A stretch of 64,000 nucleotides of DNA from Verrucomicrobiales bacterium. GTDB lineage: Bacteria > Verrucomicrobiota > Verrucomicrobiia > Limisphaerales > JAYPEY01. The DNA is taken from assembly GCA_038126035.1 (NCBI GenBank), contig JAYPEY010000007.1:38084-102083 (forward strand), in the 5' to 3' direction. Positions 35,686 through 45,992 of this stretch are shown here, piece by piece. Under the pieces are notes generated by a model. It did no database searches. It was not told the origin of the DNA and saw nothing but the letters and a program-made list of their open reading frames with translations. The position numbers were made by a program, and so were the translations under genes. Within the stretch, counting starts at the first letter, position 1. Every line of letters begins with the position of its first letter.

Positions 35686-38600
35686 TCACTTCCGCCGTCC
35701 CTGCGCCGCCAGGTACGCGATCAGGTCACGCAGCTCGCCTTGCGTCATCCCGGCGGTGAGGCCGTCGGGCATCAGGGTGCCGGCGTCGGCGCGCTCCTGG
35801 ATCCGGCTCTTCGGTATCCGGATTTCCTTCCCGCTCCCCGCTTCGCGCAACACCAACTCCTCCTCTGTCTCCTTCACCTTGTAGCCCTGGTGAAACTCAT
35901 CGTCCGTCGTGGCGACCGTCGTGGCGAGATAGCCTTCCTTGACCTGCCGCCTGGGCCAGACAACGGCCTCGATGATCATCTCGGTCGACATGCCCGTGCC
36001 GACCGACGAGAGATCCGGCCCCTGAACGCCGCCCTGCCCGTTGATCTTGTGACAGGCGAGGCAGTTGGCCATCGGGGATTCGAAGAGCTTCTTCCCGGCG
36101 GCTATGTCGCCATTCTTCGCGGCGGCGGCGGCGAACTCCCCGACCCAATCGGCGCTGTATTCGGGGATGGGATTGGAGCGGCCGAGTATCTTGTTCAACT
36201 GCTCCTGAAGTGCGGGCGCATTGCGACCGGAGGCGCTGAGAACGCGGGCGACGAGCTTGGCGGCGTCGATGGGGATGGACGCGTCGGCAATGTGGCGGGC
36301 GAGCATGGCCGCGCCCTGTTTGTGATTGAGCAGCGGTTCGAGCAGGGCGCTCATCCGCTCCTGGGTGTCGACGCCCGCGAGCAGCCCGACAGCGGCCTCG
36401 GCGGCGGTTCCCGCGTGAGTGCGGGTCAGCGCCCGGATCGCGGCGTTCTGCATGGCGCGCGGTTGCCCGGGAGAGGCGAAACGGCGTAGCAACGCGTTGC
36501 CCCCCGCACCCTGAAGTCGCCCGAGCGAATCAATCGCGGCGGCGCGCAGAGAAGGAGCGGCGGACTTGTCGCCGGCGAGCGATTGGATGCGATCGGACAA
36601 ACCAGCCACATTCCATGCCCCCGCCAACCGGATGGCCGCCTCGCGGACCTGAGCATCGCCGGACGCCAGCAATTCCGCGGTCGGCGTGGCGAGGTCGCCG
36701 CCAGGGCGACGATTCCGGACCAACGCCTGCGTCGCCAGTTCGTTGAGCAGGACCGGGTTGCCGCGGCCTCGATCGAGAATCAACTTCAGGTCGTCGGCCC
36801 CGCCGATATCCGCGAGCAATGTCAGCAGGTTGTTGCGCGCGTCTTCAGCCAGGTCCGGCGCCAAGGCCAGATCCCGCACCTGCTTCGCCAGATCCTTGGA
36901 GCCGAAGTTCTGCAACACGTAGGAAAGCCGCGTCGAGCTGCCGCCGAAGGTGAGTTCGCCGCGCTCGAAGGCCGGCTTCCAATGCGGCGCCAGCGCGTGC
37001 ACGGCCTGCTTGAGGGCGTAGTCCTGAAAGCGGTCCATCGGCGAATCCAGGGCCAGCGCCGCGACCTCCATTGCCCTGGGCGAAGCGACATAGGTCGCCG
37101 CGACAATGGCCTCCAGGCGCACCCGCGGATGCTCGTCGCGGATGCGCTTCTCCAGCAGCTCGAGCGGGGCGCTCAGTGAATCGGCCCAGGTTCCGATCAT
37201 CCGCACTCCGTAGCAGCGGGCCTCGTGATGCGGCGAGGCGAGCAGGGCGCCCATCAGATCCTCGCGCAGGGTCTCATGCGCCTCGTAGATTCCAACGACG
37301 CGGTAGAGCAGTTGCAGGTCGTTCTTGTCGGACGGATCGAGCTTCGCGACGAAGGCGTCGCAGGCTTTGACGACCTCCTCTTCGGAACGTTGGAACAACA
37401 AGCGTTTCGACTGGTAGCGCGTCCAGCGTTCGGGCGAGCGCAGTTGCTCCAACAGTTGCGCAGCGTTCATTTCACCCAGCTTCGGCAAGGGCGCCGGCTT
37501 GGCGTTCTTCGACGAAATGCGCCAGATGCGGCCGTGCTTCTTGTCGCGTCGCGGATCGCGGTAGGAGGCCTGGTAGTGCCCGACGATCTCGTTGTACCAG
37601 TCGCAGAGATAGATGGCGCCGTCCGGACCCTGGCGGATGTCGACCGGACGGAACTCGCGGCGCGTCGAGGCGACCAGGTCGGGCAGGCGCTCGGTCTTGA
37701 AGCCGGAGCCGTCGTCGCTCACGCGGAAGGCGGGCAGGGAATTGTTGTAGAACCCGGCGAAGGCGACGACGCCCTGCAGGTCGGCCGGCAGGTTCGCCGA
37801 GCCGAGGATCTCGATGCAGGTGTTCTTGCTGCCGGTGAAGAGCTGGATGTGTTTTTCCGGGTGGTCCGTGCGGATCATGCCGGGCACGGTGTAGTAGCCG
37901 GCGTACTGGTCGCCGGTGTTGTGGAAGACCTGCCCCCAGTCGTCGAAGGCCACGCCCCAACAGTTGGCTCCGGCGGTGGACAGCTCAAAGAAGTTGTCGA
38001 GTTTCAGGCGCTGCGGATGCCAGCGCCAGACGCCGGCCTTCAGGTGCTTTTCAATTCCGTAGGGGGTTTCAACCCGGGAGTAGACATGATGCCCCTGCGT
38101 GAACCAGAGCCGGCCGTTCGGCCCCCAGGTCAGTGAGTTGATCAACTGATGCGCGTCGCCCGTGCCAAAACCGGACAACACGACCTGGCGCTCGTCGGCC
38201 CGCCCGTCGCCGTCGGTGTCCATGAGATGAAGCAGTTCCGTGCCGTGGCCGAGGTAGAGACCGCCGTCGCCAAGTTCCAGCCCCATCGGCAGATGAAACC
38301 CTTCGGCAAACCGATGAAACCTGTCCGCGCGCCCGTCGCGATCCGTGTCCTCGCAGACGAGCACGTAGTCGTTGGGCTTCTCCCCGGGCGTCAACATCGG
38401 ATAGGTGGGAATGCAGAGGACCCAGAGCCGGCCGCGCTCATCCCAGCGCATCTGCACGGGATTCCGCAGGCCGTCGGCCTCCGAGGCGAAGAGGTTGGCC
38501 TGCAGATCCTCGCGGACGCTGAAGGATTGGATCTGCTCCTCCTCGGTCAGCTTCGCGATCACGGAATTGGGCCGTTCCCGGACCTTGGGGAACTCGGGCA

Positions 38601-40260
38601 GGCCGGCCCTTCTTCCCACCGCCACAGCATCAACACGCGCCTCCGCTGTTTCAAGAAAGGGGCGCCAGGCTTCGAGCTCCTCGCGCAATGAAGGTTCGCC
38701 CTTGCCGAAGGCGACGTGGGTGCGGTCGCCAAAGGCGAAGGCGTAGTTCATCGGCCGCCAGTAGTGATGCCAGAGTCGGTTTTTTTCGAGAATGGCCGAG
38801 ACAAGCCGCGCGAGCGGACCGGACTCGCCGGCGACAGCGTCCAGATACTCGGAGAGTTGCCGCGCGACACTGGCATGCCCACGGTCATTGAGGTGAATGC
38901 CGTCGCGGGTTTCAGGACGGCGCTTGGCGACGGTCACGTTCGAGAAAAGATCGACAAAAACATGACCGCGGCGTTTGGCGATGTCGCCGATCGCCGAATT
39001 GTAGGCGCGAAGGTCATCGTTGCGCTCGTAGAGATCAGGGGCGTTCTCGACCGGCGGTTTCTCGAAAGGCGTCGGCGACAACAACACGACCCGCTGGGTC
39101 ACCTTTTCAAATTCATCCAACAGCTTCTCATAGGCCGCCTTGAATTCGGGGAGGCGCTCCCTGCCGTCGAGCGCCTCCATCTGGCCGAACTGGACGAAGA
39201 GCACATCGGCGTCGAGGTAGGCGAGTTGCTGCGCCCATTCGCCAAAGTTCACGTCGCGCCACTGTTCGTAAACGGTGTCGCCCTCCCAGGCAACGTTGCG
39301 GAAGCGCAGTTTGTGTTCCGGGTGCGCGGCGGTGAGGCGGGTCTCGATCTGGCCGTGCTTTTGTTCCGCCTCCAGGTTGCCCCCGCCGATGAAGACAATC
39401 GTGTCGCCGGGATCGAGCTGGAACTTCCCGTCCTTGAACGGCGGTCTGGGCCGCGCGGGGAGGATTTCGTTGTCGACGCGGCCGGGCTTCAATGTCGCGG
39501 CCTCGAACTTCACCTTGGCCAGCGGGTCGTAATCGAAGCGGCTGCCCGGGCGGAAAAGCGTCTTGATCTCATCGACGCCCAAGGCGCGGTTGAAGAGATA
39601 CAACTCGTCCAGGCCGCCTGCGAAGTCGGGTTTGGCGTCGGGCCGCGCGCCGATCAACAGCCGCGCGGCATCGGACGCGAAGGCGTCGCGCGGAAAGAAC
39701 TCGGTCGCGAGGAGGCGGGCGTTCACGTAGAGCCGCGCCTCAAGCCCCTCGCCCTTGCGCCTGACCGTGGCGACGACGTGTCCCCAGCGGCCGTTCACGA
39801 GCGTGTTGGCCGGGGTGGCGATGGGCTTGGCCGACGCGCCCGCCCTCCGCAACTGCAGCCCCATGTCCGCGCGCTGTTCCAGAATCCAGCCGGTGTTCAC
39901 CTCGGCATCCTCCCGGGAAACGATGGGTTGGATGCGCTTGGCGCGAGGCAGCGCAAAGACGGCGATGGAAAACTCCTCGTCCAGCCCGGCGAAGGACGGA
40001 TGCGTCACTTCAATGAATTGGTCGGCGCCATTGAGGTTCATCTGCCGCCCGCCGATCGAAGTGTCGGGGAACGACGGGGCGCCGTGAACGCGACCGTTGA
40101 TCTTGTTCGGCCCCTGATCGGCGATCGCGGCGGAGTCCAGTTTCCAGTGCGCGACCAGGCCGTCCGACACCAGCGACGGGGCCACGCGGTTGTCGGCGGC
40201 ATGAGTCGGGTAAAGAGCCAGGGTGAACAGGAGCGCGATTCGCGTAAGAATGGATTTCAT
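35686..40260 (-). CDS. 1524-aa secreted multidomain protein: LamG-like + SGNH/GDSL-like hydrolase + 'membrane-bound dehydrogenase' beta-propeller + HEAT-like repeats + C-terminal cytochrome c
   Basis: ATG 40260 gives the signal MKSILTRIALLFTLALYPTHA. LamG-like LDELYLFNRAL. SGNH block V-like DGIHLNDRGH. Propeller loops DTDRDGRADRF and DTDGDGRADE. Long helical repeat region. Single CLACH near the C-terminus. TGA stop. Confidence 0.85.
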   Translation of the reverse strand: MKSILTRIALLFTLALYPTHAADNRVAPSLVSDGLVAHWKLDSAAIADQGPNKINGRVHGAPSFPDTSIGGRQMNLNGADQFIEVTHPSFAGLDEEFSIAVFALPRAKRIQPIVSREDAEVNTGWILEQRADMGLQLRRAGASAKPIATPANTLVNGRWGHVVATVRRKGEGLEARLYVNARLLATEFFPRDAFASDAARLLIGARPDAKPDFAGGLDELYLFNRALGVDEIKTLFRPGSRFDYDPLAKVKFEAATLKPGRVDNEILPARPRPPFKDGKFQLDPGDTIVFIGGGNLEAEQKHGQIETRLTAAHPEHKLRFRNVAWEGDTVYEQWRDVNFGEWAQQLAYLDADVLFVQFGQMEALDGRERLPEFKAAYEKLLDEFEKVTQRVVLLSPTPFEKPPVENAPDLYERNDDLRAYNSAIGDIAKRRGHVFVDLFSNVTVAKRRPETRDGIHLNDRGHASVARQLSEYLDAVAGESGPLARLVSAILEKNRLWHHYWRPMNYAFAFGDRTHVAFGKGEPSLREELEAWRPFLETAEARVDAVAVGRRAGLPEFPKVRERPNSVIAKLTEEEQIQSFSVREDLQANLFASEADGLRNPVQMRWDERGRLWVLCIPTYPMLTPGEKPNDYVLVCEDTDRDGRADRFHRFAEGFHLPMGLELGDGGLYLGHGTELLHLMDTDGDGRADERQVVLSGFGTGDAHQLINSLTWGPNGRLWFTQGHHVYSRVETPYGIEKHLKAGVWRWHPQRLKLDNFFELSTAGANCWGVAFDDWGQVFHNTGDQYAGYYTVPGMIRTDHPEKHIQLFTGSKNTCIEILGSANLPADLQGVVAFAGFYNNSLPAFRVSDDGSGFKTERLPDLVASTRREFRPVDIRQGPDGAIYLCDWYNEIVGHYQASYRDPRRDKKHGRIWRISSKNAKPAPLPKLGEMNAAQLLEQLRSPERWTRYQSKRLLFQRSEEEVVKACDAFVAKLDPSDKNDLQLLYRVVGIYEAHETLREDLMGALLASPHHEARCYGVRMIGTWADSLSAPLELLEKRIRDEHPRVRLEAIVAATYVASPRAMEVAALALDSPMDRFQDYALKQAVHALAPHWKPAFERGELTFGGSSTRLSYVLQNFGSKDLAKQVRDLALAPDLAEDARNNLLTLLADIGGADDLKLILDRGRGNPVLLNELATQALVRNRRPGGDLATPTAELLASGDAQVREAAIRLAGAWNVAGLSDRIQSLAGDKSAAPSLRAAAIDSLGRLQGAGGNALLRRFASPGQPRAMQNAAIRALTRTHAGTAAEAAVGLLAGVDTQERMSALLEPLLNHKQGAAMLARHIADASIPIDAAKLVARVLSASGRNAPALQEQLNKILGRSNPIPEYSADWVGEFAAAAAKNGDIAAGKKLFESPMANCLACHKINGQGGVQGPDLSSVGTGMSTEMIIEAVVWPRRQVKEGYLATTVATTDDEFHQGYKVKETEEELVLREAGSGKEIRIPKSRIQERADAGTLMPDGLTAGMTQGELRDLIAYLAAQGRRK

Positions 40261-40316
40261 GGGCGTCAGGATATTGAAGGCGCCGGCGGCCGATGCGCAA
40301 GCGCACGGCGACGTAT

Positions 40317-40448
40317 GTAGAACGGGATTCATCCCGTTTGCCCGGCGACGGATCGCGAAAGGGCCGGAGCAGGTTGAGCGTCCAGGGAGTTGTCGGACAT
40401 TGGCTTGAAACACCAGACGCGCTGCGAACGGAATGAATTCCGTTCTGC
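40317..40448 (+). repeat. REPIN-like doublet C (module X ... module Y)
   Basis: GTAGAACGGGATTCATCCCGTTTGCCCGGCG ... CATTGGCTTGAAACACCAGACGCGCTGCGAACGGAATGAATTCCGTTCTGC. Lies 57 nt upstream of the start of the 1524-aa gene. Confidence 0.8.
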
Positions 40449-40496
40449 GTTGCTGCGGGTCGCAGACCCGCGGTCCGGGGAGGGTTTCAGCGTGGA

Positions 40497-41489
40497 TCAG
40501 AACAATTCTTCAGCGGGAATCGATGCCAGGCCGTCCCGGACGACGTGCTCGACGGCCATGGCGGCTTCGGGATTGACGAGTTCCGCTCTCACTGGGCCGG
40601 CGTAATACGGGTCCAGCATGATCACGTGCACCAACGCGACCAGAGGTTTGCACTTGGCTGAGCGAAGGGCGTTCTGCAGCCCTTTGACGTGCGTGCCTCC
40701 GCCGATGGAACGAACGCCGTTGACCCAGGACCGGATGTTTGTTGATTCGCTTTCATAATCCCACCGTTTGCCGGCCAATGCGACCTAGATATCCATGTTC
40801 GAATGTTCAGCGCGGATGTTGATAGGTTTCAAACATTCTGATGCCTGCCAGTCGCCCACTCCTTCCAGCGCATAAAATTGAGCCAGATCGCCCATACCCC
40901 CGGGCGCGTGATAGCGTTCCTTGTTCAGGTGAATACTGAGCCCGGGTAAAAGATGCACTGCATCATACATCATCTTTCGCACAACAGCATGACGGGGAGG
41001 TGCTTTTCCCATCACTTTGGAATCCACCGTCACGTCGATTACCGTCCCGCGTCCGTTGCCAATGGCAACCTGTTCGGGTTCGTAGATGTGCCCATCCTGA
41101 ATCCGATGACTCCATTGCACGCCATTGCGCCAACTCTTGATCCGTGCGCGTTTACTGAACGCCATAACAACAGGCAATCCAACGCCATGATAGCCCAAAT
41201 GAACATGCGGAGCGTGATAGTCAGCCGTTGGCGAATTGTGAAAGTCGAACAATCGTTGGCACGCCACAGACAGCTCACTTTCCGGCGCCGGTTCATCGTA
41301 TGGAAGGCCGGGGCCGTCGTCGCTGACGACGATCCTCGGACCGGAAAGCCTGATCTTGATTGTCGTTGCTTCACCGGCAAGGAACTGATCCGCGGAATTC
41401 GCGACCAGTTCCCTGACGATTTGTTCCATTCCTTTAGCCCCTGTCCCGCCGATGTACATACCCGGCTTCTTTCGAACTTGATCAGTCAT
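40497..41489 (-). pseudogene. GyrB N-terminal-fragment-like GHKL ATPase + transducer domain, no Toprim, interrupted by in-frame TAG (40785-40787)
   Basis: VRKKPGMYIGG, ELVANSADQ (N-box), DDGPGLP (G1) and GYHGVGLPVV (G2) come before the stop. After it come VALAGKRW...SWVNGVRSIGGGTHVKGL and LDPYYAGPVRAEL. Both ORFs (40785..41570 and 40497..40778) share one frame. ATG at 41489. Confidence 0.6.
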
Positions 41490-41636
41490 TTCAGGACGGC
41501 TGAGACGGCGTCCTTGGGATTGAGAGGTCACGTTTGGAATCGTAAACCAAGGTATCGACTGGACAAGCAATTCAACACGAAACCGGAGAAAACGGACACC
41601 GCAAGCGGTTTCCCGCGAGGGTTTGCTACGCCGGAC

Positions 41637-41666
41637 GCGCCGCAGACGGGATGAATCCCGTTCTAC
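41637..41666 (-). repeat. single REP hairpin (module X type)
   Basis: CGCCGCAGACGGGATGAATCCCGTTCTAC, the reverse complement of the GTAGAACGGGATTCATCCCGT... module. Confidence 0.7.
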
Positions 41667-41712
41667 TCTTTGTTGCGCGAGCCTGCCGGCTCGATTAAGT
41701 TCGGCGGCTCTT

Positions 41713-43080
41713 ATGACTTTGACCGAGAAACTGTTGGCCCGCGCGGCGGGAAAAAGCTCCGTTCAGGCGGGCGACAATGTGTGGGTGAACGCGGACATCC
41801 TGATGACGCACGATGTCTGCGGTCCGGGCACGATCGGCGTGTTCAAGCGCGAGTTCGGCGCGGACGCCAAGGTGTGGGACCGGGAGAAGATCGTGATCAT
41901 CCCGGATCATTACATCTTCACCTCGGATTCGCTGTCCAACCGGAACGTCGACATCCTGCGTGAATTCGTCCAGGAGCAGGACCTTCCCTATTTCTACGAC
42001 GTGATCGACGATCCGAACGGCAAGTGGGTCTTCGACAAGGAGAAGGGCAACCTGAAGCAGCAGTTCGGCAGGAACTACGCGGGGGTCTGCCACGCGGCCC
42101 TGCCGCAGAAGGGTCACACCCGCCCGGGCGAGGTCCTGTTCGGCACGGACTCCCACACCTGCATGGCCGGCGCCTTCAATCAGTTCGCCACCGGCATCGG
42201 CAACACCGACGCCGGCTTCGTCATGGGCACCGGCAAATTGCTGCTCAAGGTTCCGGAGACCATGCGCTTCCGCCTCGAGGGCGAGCTCCAGCCCGGCGTC
42301 ATGGCCAAGGACATCATCCTCCACTGCATCGGCGAGATCGGCTTCGATGGCGCGACCTACCGCGCCATGCAGTTCGATGGCGAGGGCGCCCGCAGCCTCT
42401 CGATGGACGACCGCATGACCGTCGCCAACATGGCCATCGAGGCCGGCGGCAAGAACGGCATCTTCGAATTCGATGAGAAAACCGCCGCCATGGTCGATCA
42501 TCGCACCCAGCTCAATGGCACCAAGTCCGATTACGAGCCGGTCGAGCGCGACGCGGATGAAACCTTCGTCTACGAGACGGTCGTCGATCTGAGCAAATTG
42601 GAGCCGACGGTCGCGTGTCATCCGGATCCGGGCCAGCGCAAGCTGGCCAAGGAGATGGACCTGAAGCTGGACCGCGCCTACATCGGCTCCTGCACCGGCG
42701 GCAAGACCAGCGATTTCCTCGAGTTTGCCCGGGTGCTGAAGGGGAAGAAGGTCTCCATCGACACGTTCGGCGTGCCGGCCACGCCGGAGATCATGAACGA
42801 CCTGAAGTCCGAGGAATGGGACGGCACGAGCGTCTGGGACATCCTGACCGACGCCGGTGTGCAGATGACCGAGAACGCCGGCTGCGCGGCCTGCCTCGGC
42901 GGACCGGTCGACACCTTCGGCCGCATGAACGAGCCGCAGAAGTGCATCAGCGCGACGAACCGCAACTTCCCCGGCCGCATGGGCCACCTGGAATCCCAGG
43001 TGTTCCTCGCCTCGCCCGCCACGGTCGCCGCCAGCGCCATCGAGGGCAGGGTGACCGATCCCCGCGCCTACGTGAGCTGA
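41713..43080 (+). CDS. leuC: aconitase-family dehydratase large subunit (3-isopropylmalate/homoaconitate dehydratase LeuC/HacA type)
   Basis: ATG 41713: MTLTEKLLARAAGK...ILMTHDVCGPG...GTDSHTCMAGAFN...GSCTGGK...NRNFPGRMG. The three Fe-S Cys contexts are present. No small-subunit gene follows. Confidence 0.75.
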   Translation: MTLTEKLLARAAGKSSVQAGDNVWVNADILMTHDVCGPGTIGVFKREFGADAKVWDREKIVIIPDHYIFTSDSLSNRNVDILREFVQEQDLPYFYDVIDDPNGKWVFDKEKGNLKQQFGRNYAGVCHAALPQKGHTRPGEVLFGTDSHTCMAGAFNQFATGIGNTDAGFVMGTGKLLLKVPETMRFRLEGELQPGVMAKDIILHCIGEIGFDGATYRAMQFDGEGARSLSMDDRMTVANMAIEAGGKNGIFEFDEKTAAMVDHRTQLNGTKSDYEPVERDADETFVYETVVDLSKLEPTVACHPDPGQRKLAKEMDLKLDRAYIGSCTGGKTSDFLEFARVLKGKKVSIDTFGVPATPEIMNDLKSEEWDGTSVWDILTDAGVQMTENAGCAACLGGPVDTFGRMNEPQKCISATNRNFPGRMGHLESQVFLASPATVAASAIEGRVTDPRAYVS

Positions 43081-43095
43081 AACACGCCCAGCGTC

Positions 43096-44967
43096 ATGAA
43101 CCGGGAAAAGGCCGACCGTTGGCTGGGCGGCGCTCTCGTGGCGTTGGTCCTCGTCCAGGTCCTGTGCGGCGTCCTGTTCACCGGGATGGTCCGGCCTCAG
43201 GATTTCCTGATCGCGCAGGGGCTGGCGATCCCAATCCTCTTGTTGTGGGTCGCCCGATTGTGGACGCGGGAGAAACCCGGCGTCTTGTGGCCGCCGGTCT
43301 GCTGGTTTGGGACGGTCTTCGTCGTCTACGCTGTGATCAGGACATCCGGCGCCGACATTCCCTACGTCGCCCGCTCCGAACTGCTCCGGATTCTGGTCTA
43401 TGGAGCGACCTTCATCGCGGCGTTGCAGTCGTTTCATTCACGCGGCGCGCTTCGGGCGCTGCTCTGGACACTGGTCGCATTGGGCGTAGCCAGCTCGTTG
43501 TACGCGGTCTACCAGTCCGCGATTGATCCCGATCACGTGTGGCATTTCACCCGGCCCAAGGAATACGGCTACGGTCGGCGCGGATCGGGCTTTTTCATCA
43601 ATCCCAACAACCTGGCCATCCAGTTGGCGATGACCGCGCCATTGGCGCTGGCCTATGCCGTGATGAGCCGGCTGAAGGCCGCAACCAAGGTCTCCCTCGG
43701 CGCCGCGGCGCTGATCATGGCCGTGGGCATCGCCCTGACCATGTCCCGCGGCGGCTGGATTGCCACGACCATGGCGTTGACCTGGTTCGTGATCGTCGTG
43801 GTCCGGATGCGCGGTCGCCGGGCGGCGGTGATCGGCTCGGTGGCCATGCTGATCGGGCTCGGGGTGTTCGTCGTCTCACAAAGCGAACTGGCCAAGGTCC
43901 GGCTCGACGCAGCCTTGAGCAAGGAGGCCTCGGGCAATATCCGATACGCCGTCTGGGAAACGGCCCTGGGCATCTGGCGCGATCACAAGATGTTCGGCGC
44001 CGGCCCCGGGCACTTCGACCGCAGATATCGCGAATACCGCGTGAAGGAGCTTCAGCATCGCCCGATCCGCGCTCACAACGATTACATCGACGCCCTCGCC
44101 GACTGGGGAATGGTCGGCCTCGGCATCGGGCTGGGCGGGGTCGCAGCGATCCTCGTCGCCGCCGGCACGGCCTGGCGAAGCATGCGCCGACGGCTGGAGG
44201 AGAGCGGCGCGCATCGGAGCGATCGGCTGGCCGCGATCCTCGGACTCACCTGCGCCGCCGTGGCCTGGCTGTTCCACATCATCTTTGATTTCCCCACTCA
44301 CATTCCCGGAATGGCCCTGCTGGCGGCCTGCCTTGCCGCCGCGCTGACCGCGCAGATTCGCAATGTCGGCTCAAAACACCGCTTCGAACCCGGATTCAAG
44401 GCCAGGATCGCCGTGTCCGCGGCCGCCACGGCGATGGCTCTCTTCCTGAGCTGGCAGGGATCGGTCCGATATCGGGAATTCCGGGCGCTGGAGGCTTCGG
44501 ACATCCAGGCCGAAACCGTGGAGGAGTCCATCGCCTATCTGGAACAGGCCCATGCAATCGAGCCCACCAACCCCGACACGCCCTTTTTGATCGGTGAGAC
44601 ATTTCGACTCGAAAGCTGGGAAAGTCCCTCAAATTACGCAGAAAAGACGGAATCAGCGATGCGCTGGTTCGAAAAGGCGATCGAGTTGGACCCTTTCGAT
44701 CCGCTGCGTCGGTTGCGGCTCGCGCAGTGCCTGGACTGGTTGGACCGTCCAGAGGAGGCATGGACGCGTTACGAAGAGGCCTTGAAGCTGGATCCTTGGG
44801 GATTCCACACGGCCAGCGTCGTGGGCTGGCATTTCGGCCACATTGACGAATTGGAGACCGCGCGGATCTGGTATGAAAAGAGCGTCTACCTGGAGCCGGG
44901 AACGGCCAATGCAGAATCCTGGGAGCAACTCAGGTTGATTGAAGAAACCCTGCGGGAGGACCGATAA
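43096..44967 (+). CDS. O-antigen ligase (Wzy_C)-like polytopic membrane protein with C-terminal TPR repeats
   Basis: About 12 predicted TM stretches. LTMSRGGW and RAHNDYIDALADWGMVG match the O-antigen ligase loop pattern. The C-terminal ~170 aa look TPR-like (AIELDPFDP..., ALKLDPWG...). TAA stop. Confidence 0.75.
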   Translation: MNREKADRWLGGALVALVLVQVLCGVLFTGMVRPQDFLIAQGLAIPILLLWVARLWTREKPGVLWPPVCWFGTVFVVYAVIRTSGADIPYVARSELLRILVYGATFIAALQSFHSRGALRALLWTLVALGVASSLYAVYQSAIDPDHVWHFTRPKEYGYGRRGSGFFINPNNLAIQLAMTAPLALAYAVMSRLKAATKVSLGAAALIMAVGIALTMSRGGWIATTMALTWFVIVVVRMRGRRAAVIGSVAMLIGLGVFVVSQSELAKVRLDAALSKEASGNIRYAVWETALGIWRDHKMFGAGPGHFDRRYREYRVKELQHRPIRAHNDYIDALADWGMVGLGIGLGGVAAILVAAGTAWRSMRRRLEESGAHRSDRLAAILGLTCAAVAWLFHIIFDFPTHIPGMALLAACLAAALTAQIRNVGSKHRFEPGFKARIAVSAAATAMALFLSWQGSVRYREFRALEASDIQAETVEESIAYLEQAHAIEPTNPDTPFLIGETFRLESWESPSNYAEKTESAMRWFEKAIELDPFDPLRRLRLAQCLDWLDRPEEAWTRYEEALKLDPWGFHTASVVGWHFGHIDELETARIWYEKSVYLEPGTANAESWEQLRLIEETLREDR

Positions 44968-45063
44968 TTGTCACAAATAACTGATTGACTGGAACGGGGC
45001 GGCCGCTACATTGCCGGAGCACAGACTGGTTCGAGAACAATTCCTAAACCAAAGTCACCAAAA

Positions 45064-45867
45064 ATGAAGACGTTGCAATCTCGCATCGCCGGCGCGGCAG
45101 CCACTCTCGCGCTTGGATTGACCTTTCTCTTTTCCGGCGCCCAGGCCCAAGCCGCGGCCAACCCGGACGCCACCTCCAACACCGCCACCGTCGCGGCCGT
45201 CTCCGGACGCGCGACCGTCTTCCATAACGGCAAGTCCGAGAAGGTGACCAAGGGCATGAAAATCTCCCAGGGCGCCACGATCGCGACCGGTCTGGGCCGT
45301 GTGACCCTGGACATGGGCGCGCACGGCTTCGCCGAGGTCCAACCGCGAAGCGAGGTGGTCGTTGAAGAGCTGTCCCGCGCGCAGAACAAGGACGTCACCA
45401 AGTTTGACCTCAAGAAGGGCATTCTCCTCGGCGACGTCAAAAAGGTCGCGGCGGAGTCCGCCTATGAGGTCAAGACCGCCAAGGGCGTGGCCGGCATCCG
45501 CGGCACGACTTTTGAAATTCACGCGATCGGCATCTTCAAGTGCGGCGACGGCCAGTACCAGGTCGTCTTCATCGGCACGAATGCCCAGGGCCAGGTGGTG
45601 GCTCCGCTGGTCATTCAGGCCGGCACCAAGGTGGATGTCCAGAAGGCGATCAACAACGTGATCGTTGACATGTCCCCCCGCGAAAAGGCTGCGATCAAGC
45701 AAGCAACCAACTTCGTCACCAAGGTCGCCAATCAGGGCGGCGCCGGTTTGGGCCTCGTGATTCTCAAGGAATCCAGAAAGGTCACCATCGAGCCGACTCT
45801 GACCGGCCTGCAGGGCTCCGGCGGCGATGACGGCGGCAATGACGGCGAGAGGCCTTCCAACCCGTAG
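45064..45867 (+). CDS. FecR-domain secreted protein
   Basis: Signal MKTLQSRIAGAAATLALGLTFLFSGAQA. ATIATGLGRVTLDMGAHGFAEVQP...YEVKTAKGVAGIRGTTFEI is FecR-like. TAG stop immediately followed by TGA. Confidence 0.7.
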   Translation: MKTLQSRIAGAAATLALGLTFLFSGAQAQAAANPDATSNTATVAAVSGRATVFHNGKSEKVTKGMKISQGATIATGLGRVTLDMGAHGFAEVQPRSEVVVEELSRAQNKDVTKFDLKKGILLGDVKKVAAESAYEVKTAKGVAGIRGTTFEIHAIGIFKCGDGQYQVVFIGTNAQGQVVAPLVIQAGTKVDVQKAINNVIVDMSPREKAAIKQATNFVTKVANQGGAGLGLVILKESRKVTIEPTLTGLQGSGGDDGGNDGERPSNP

Positions 45868-45902
45868 TGAATCGGACACTTAATACACTGCCCCAAGTTT
45901 TT

Positions 45903-45941
45903 CCGGCCCGGAAGCTCGCGCTTCCGGGCCTTTTTTGTGTT
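45903..45941 (+). terminator. rho-independent terminator
   Basis: GGCCCGGAAGC-TCGC-GCTTCCGGGCC (perfect 11-bp stem, 45905-45930) followed by TTTTTTGTGTTT. Confidence 0.8.
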
Positions 45942-45992
45942 TCACACGATCCTTGAGTTGCGGGCTGATTCTTTTATGATCTCCCGCCTGTG

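Noticed and set aside
40497-41489. Housekeeping gyrB or parE.
   Set aside because: It is far too short (about 330 aa), lacks Toprim and the C-terminal domain, has diverged ATP-lid and QTK residues, has low G+C, and is stop-interrupted. No gyrA, recF or dnaN neighbours are present.
41713-43080. Missing small subunit (leuD) after the LeuC-type gene, as a sign of a novel function.
   Set aside because: Unlinked large and small subunit genes are common, and absence from a 64-kb window says nothing about the genome.
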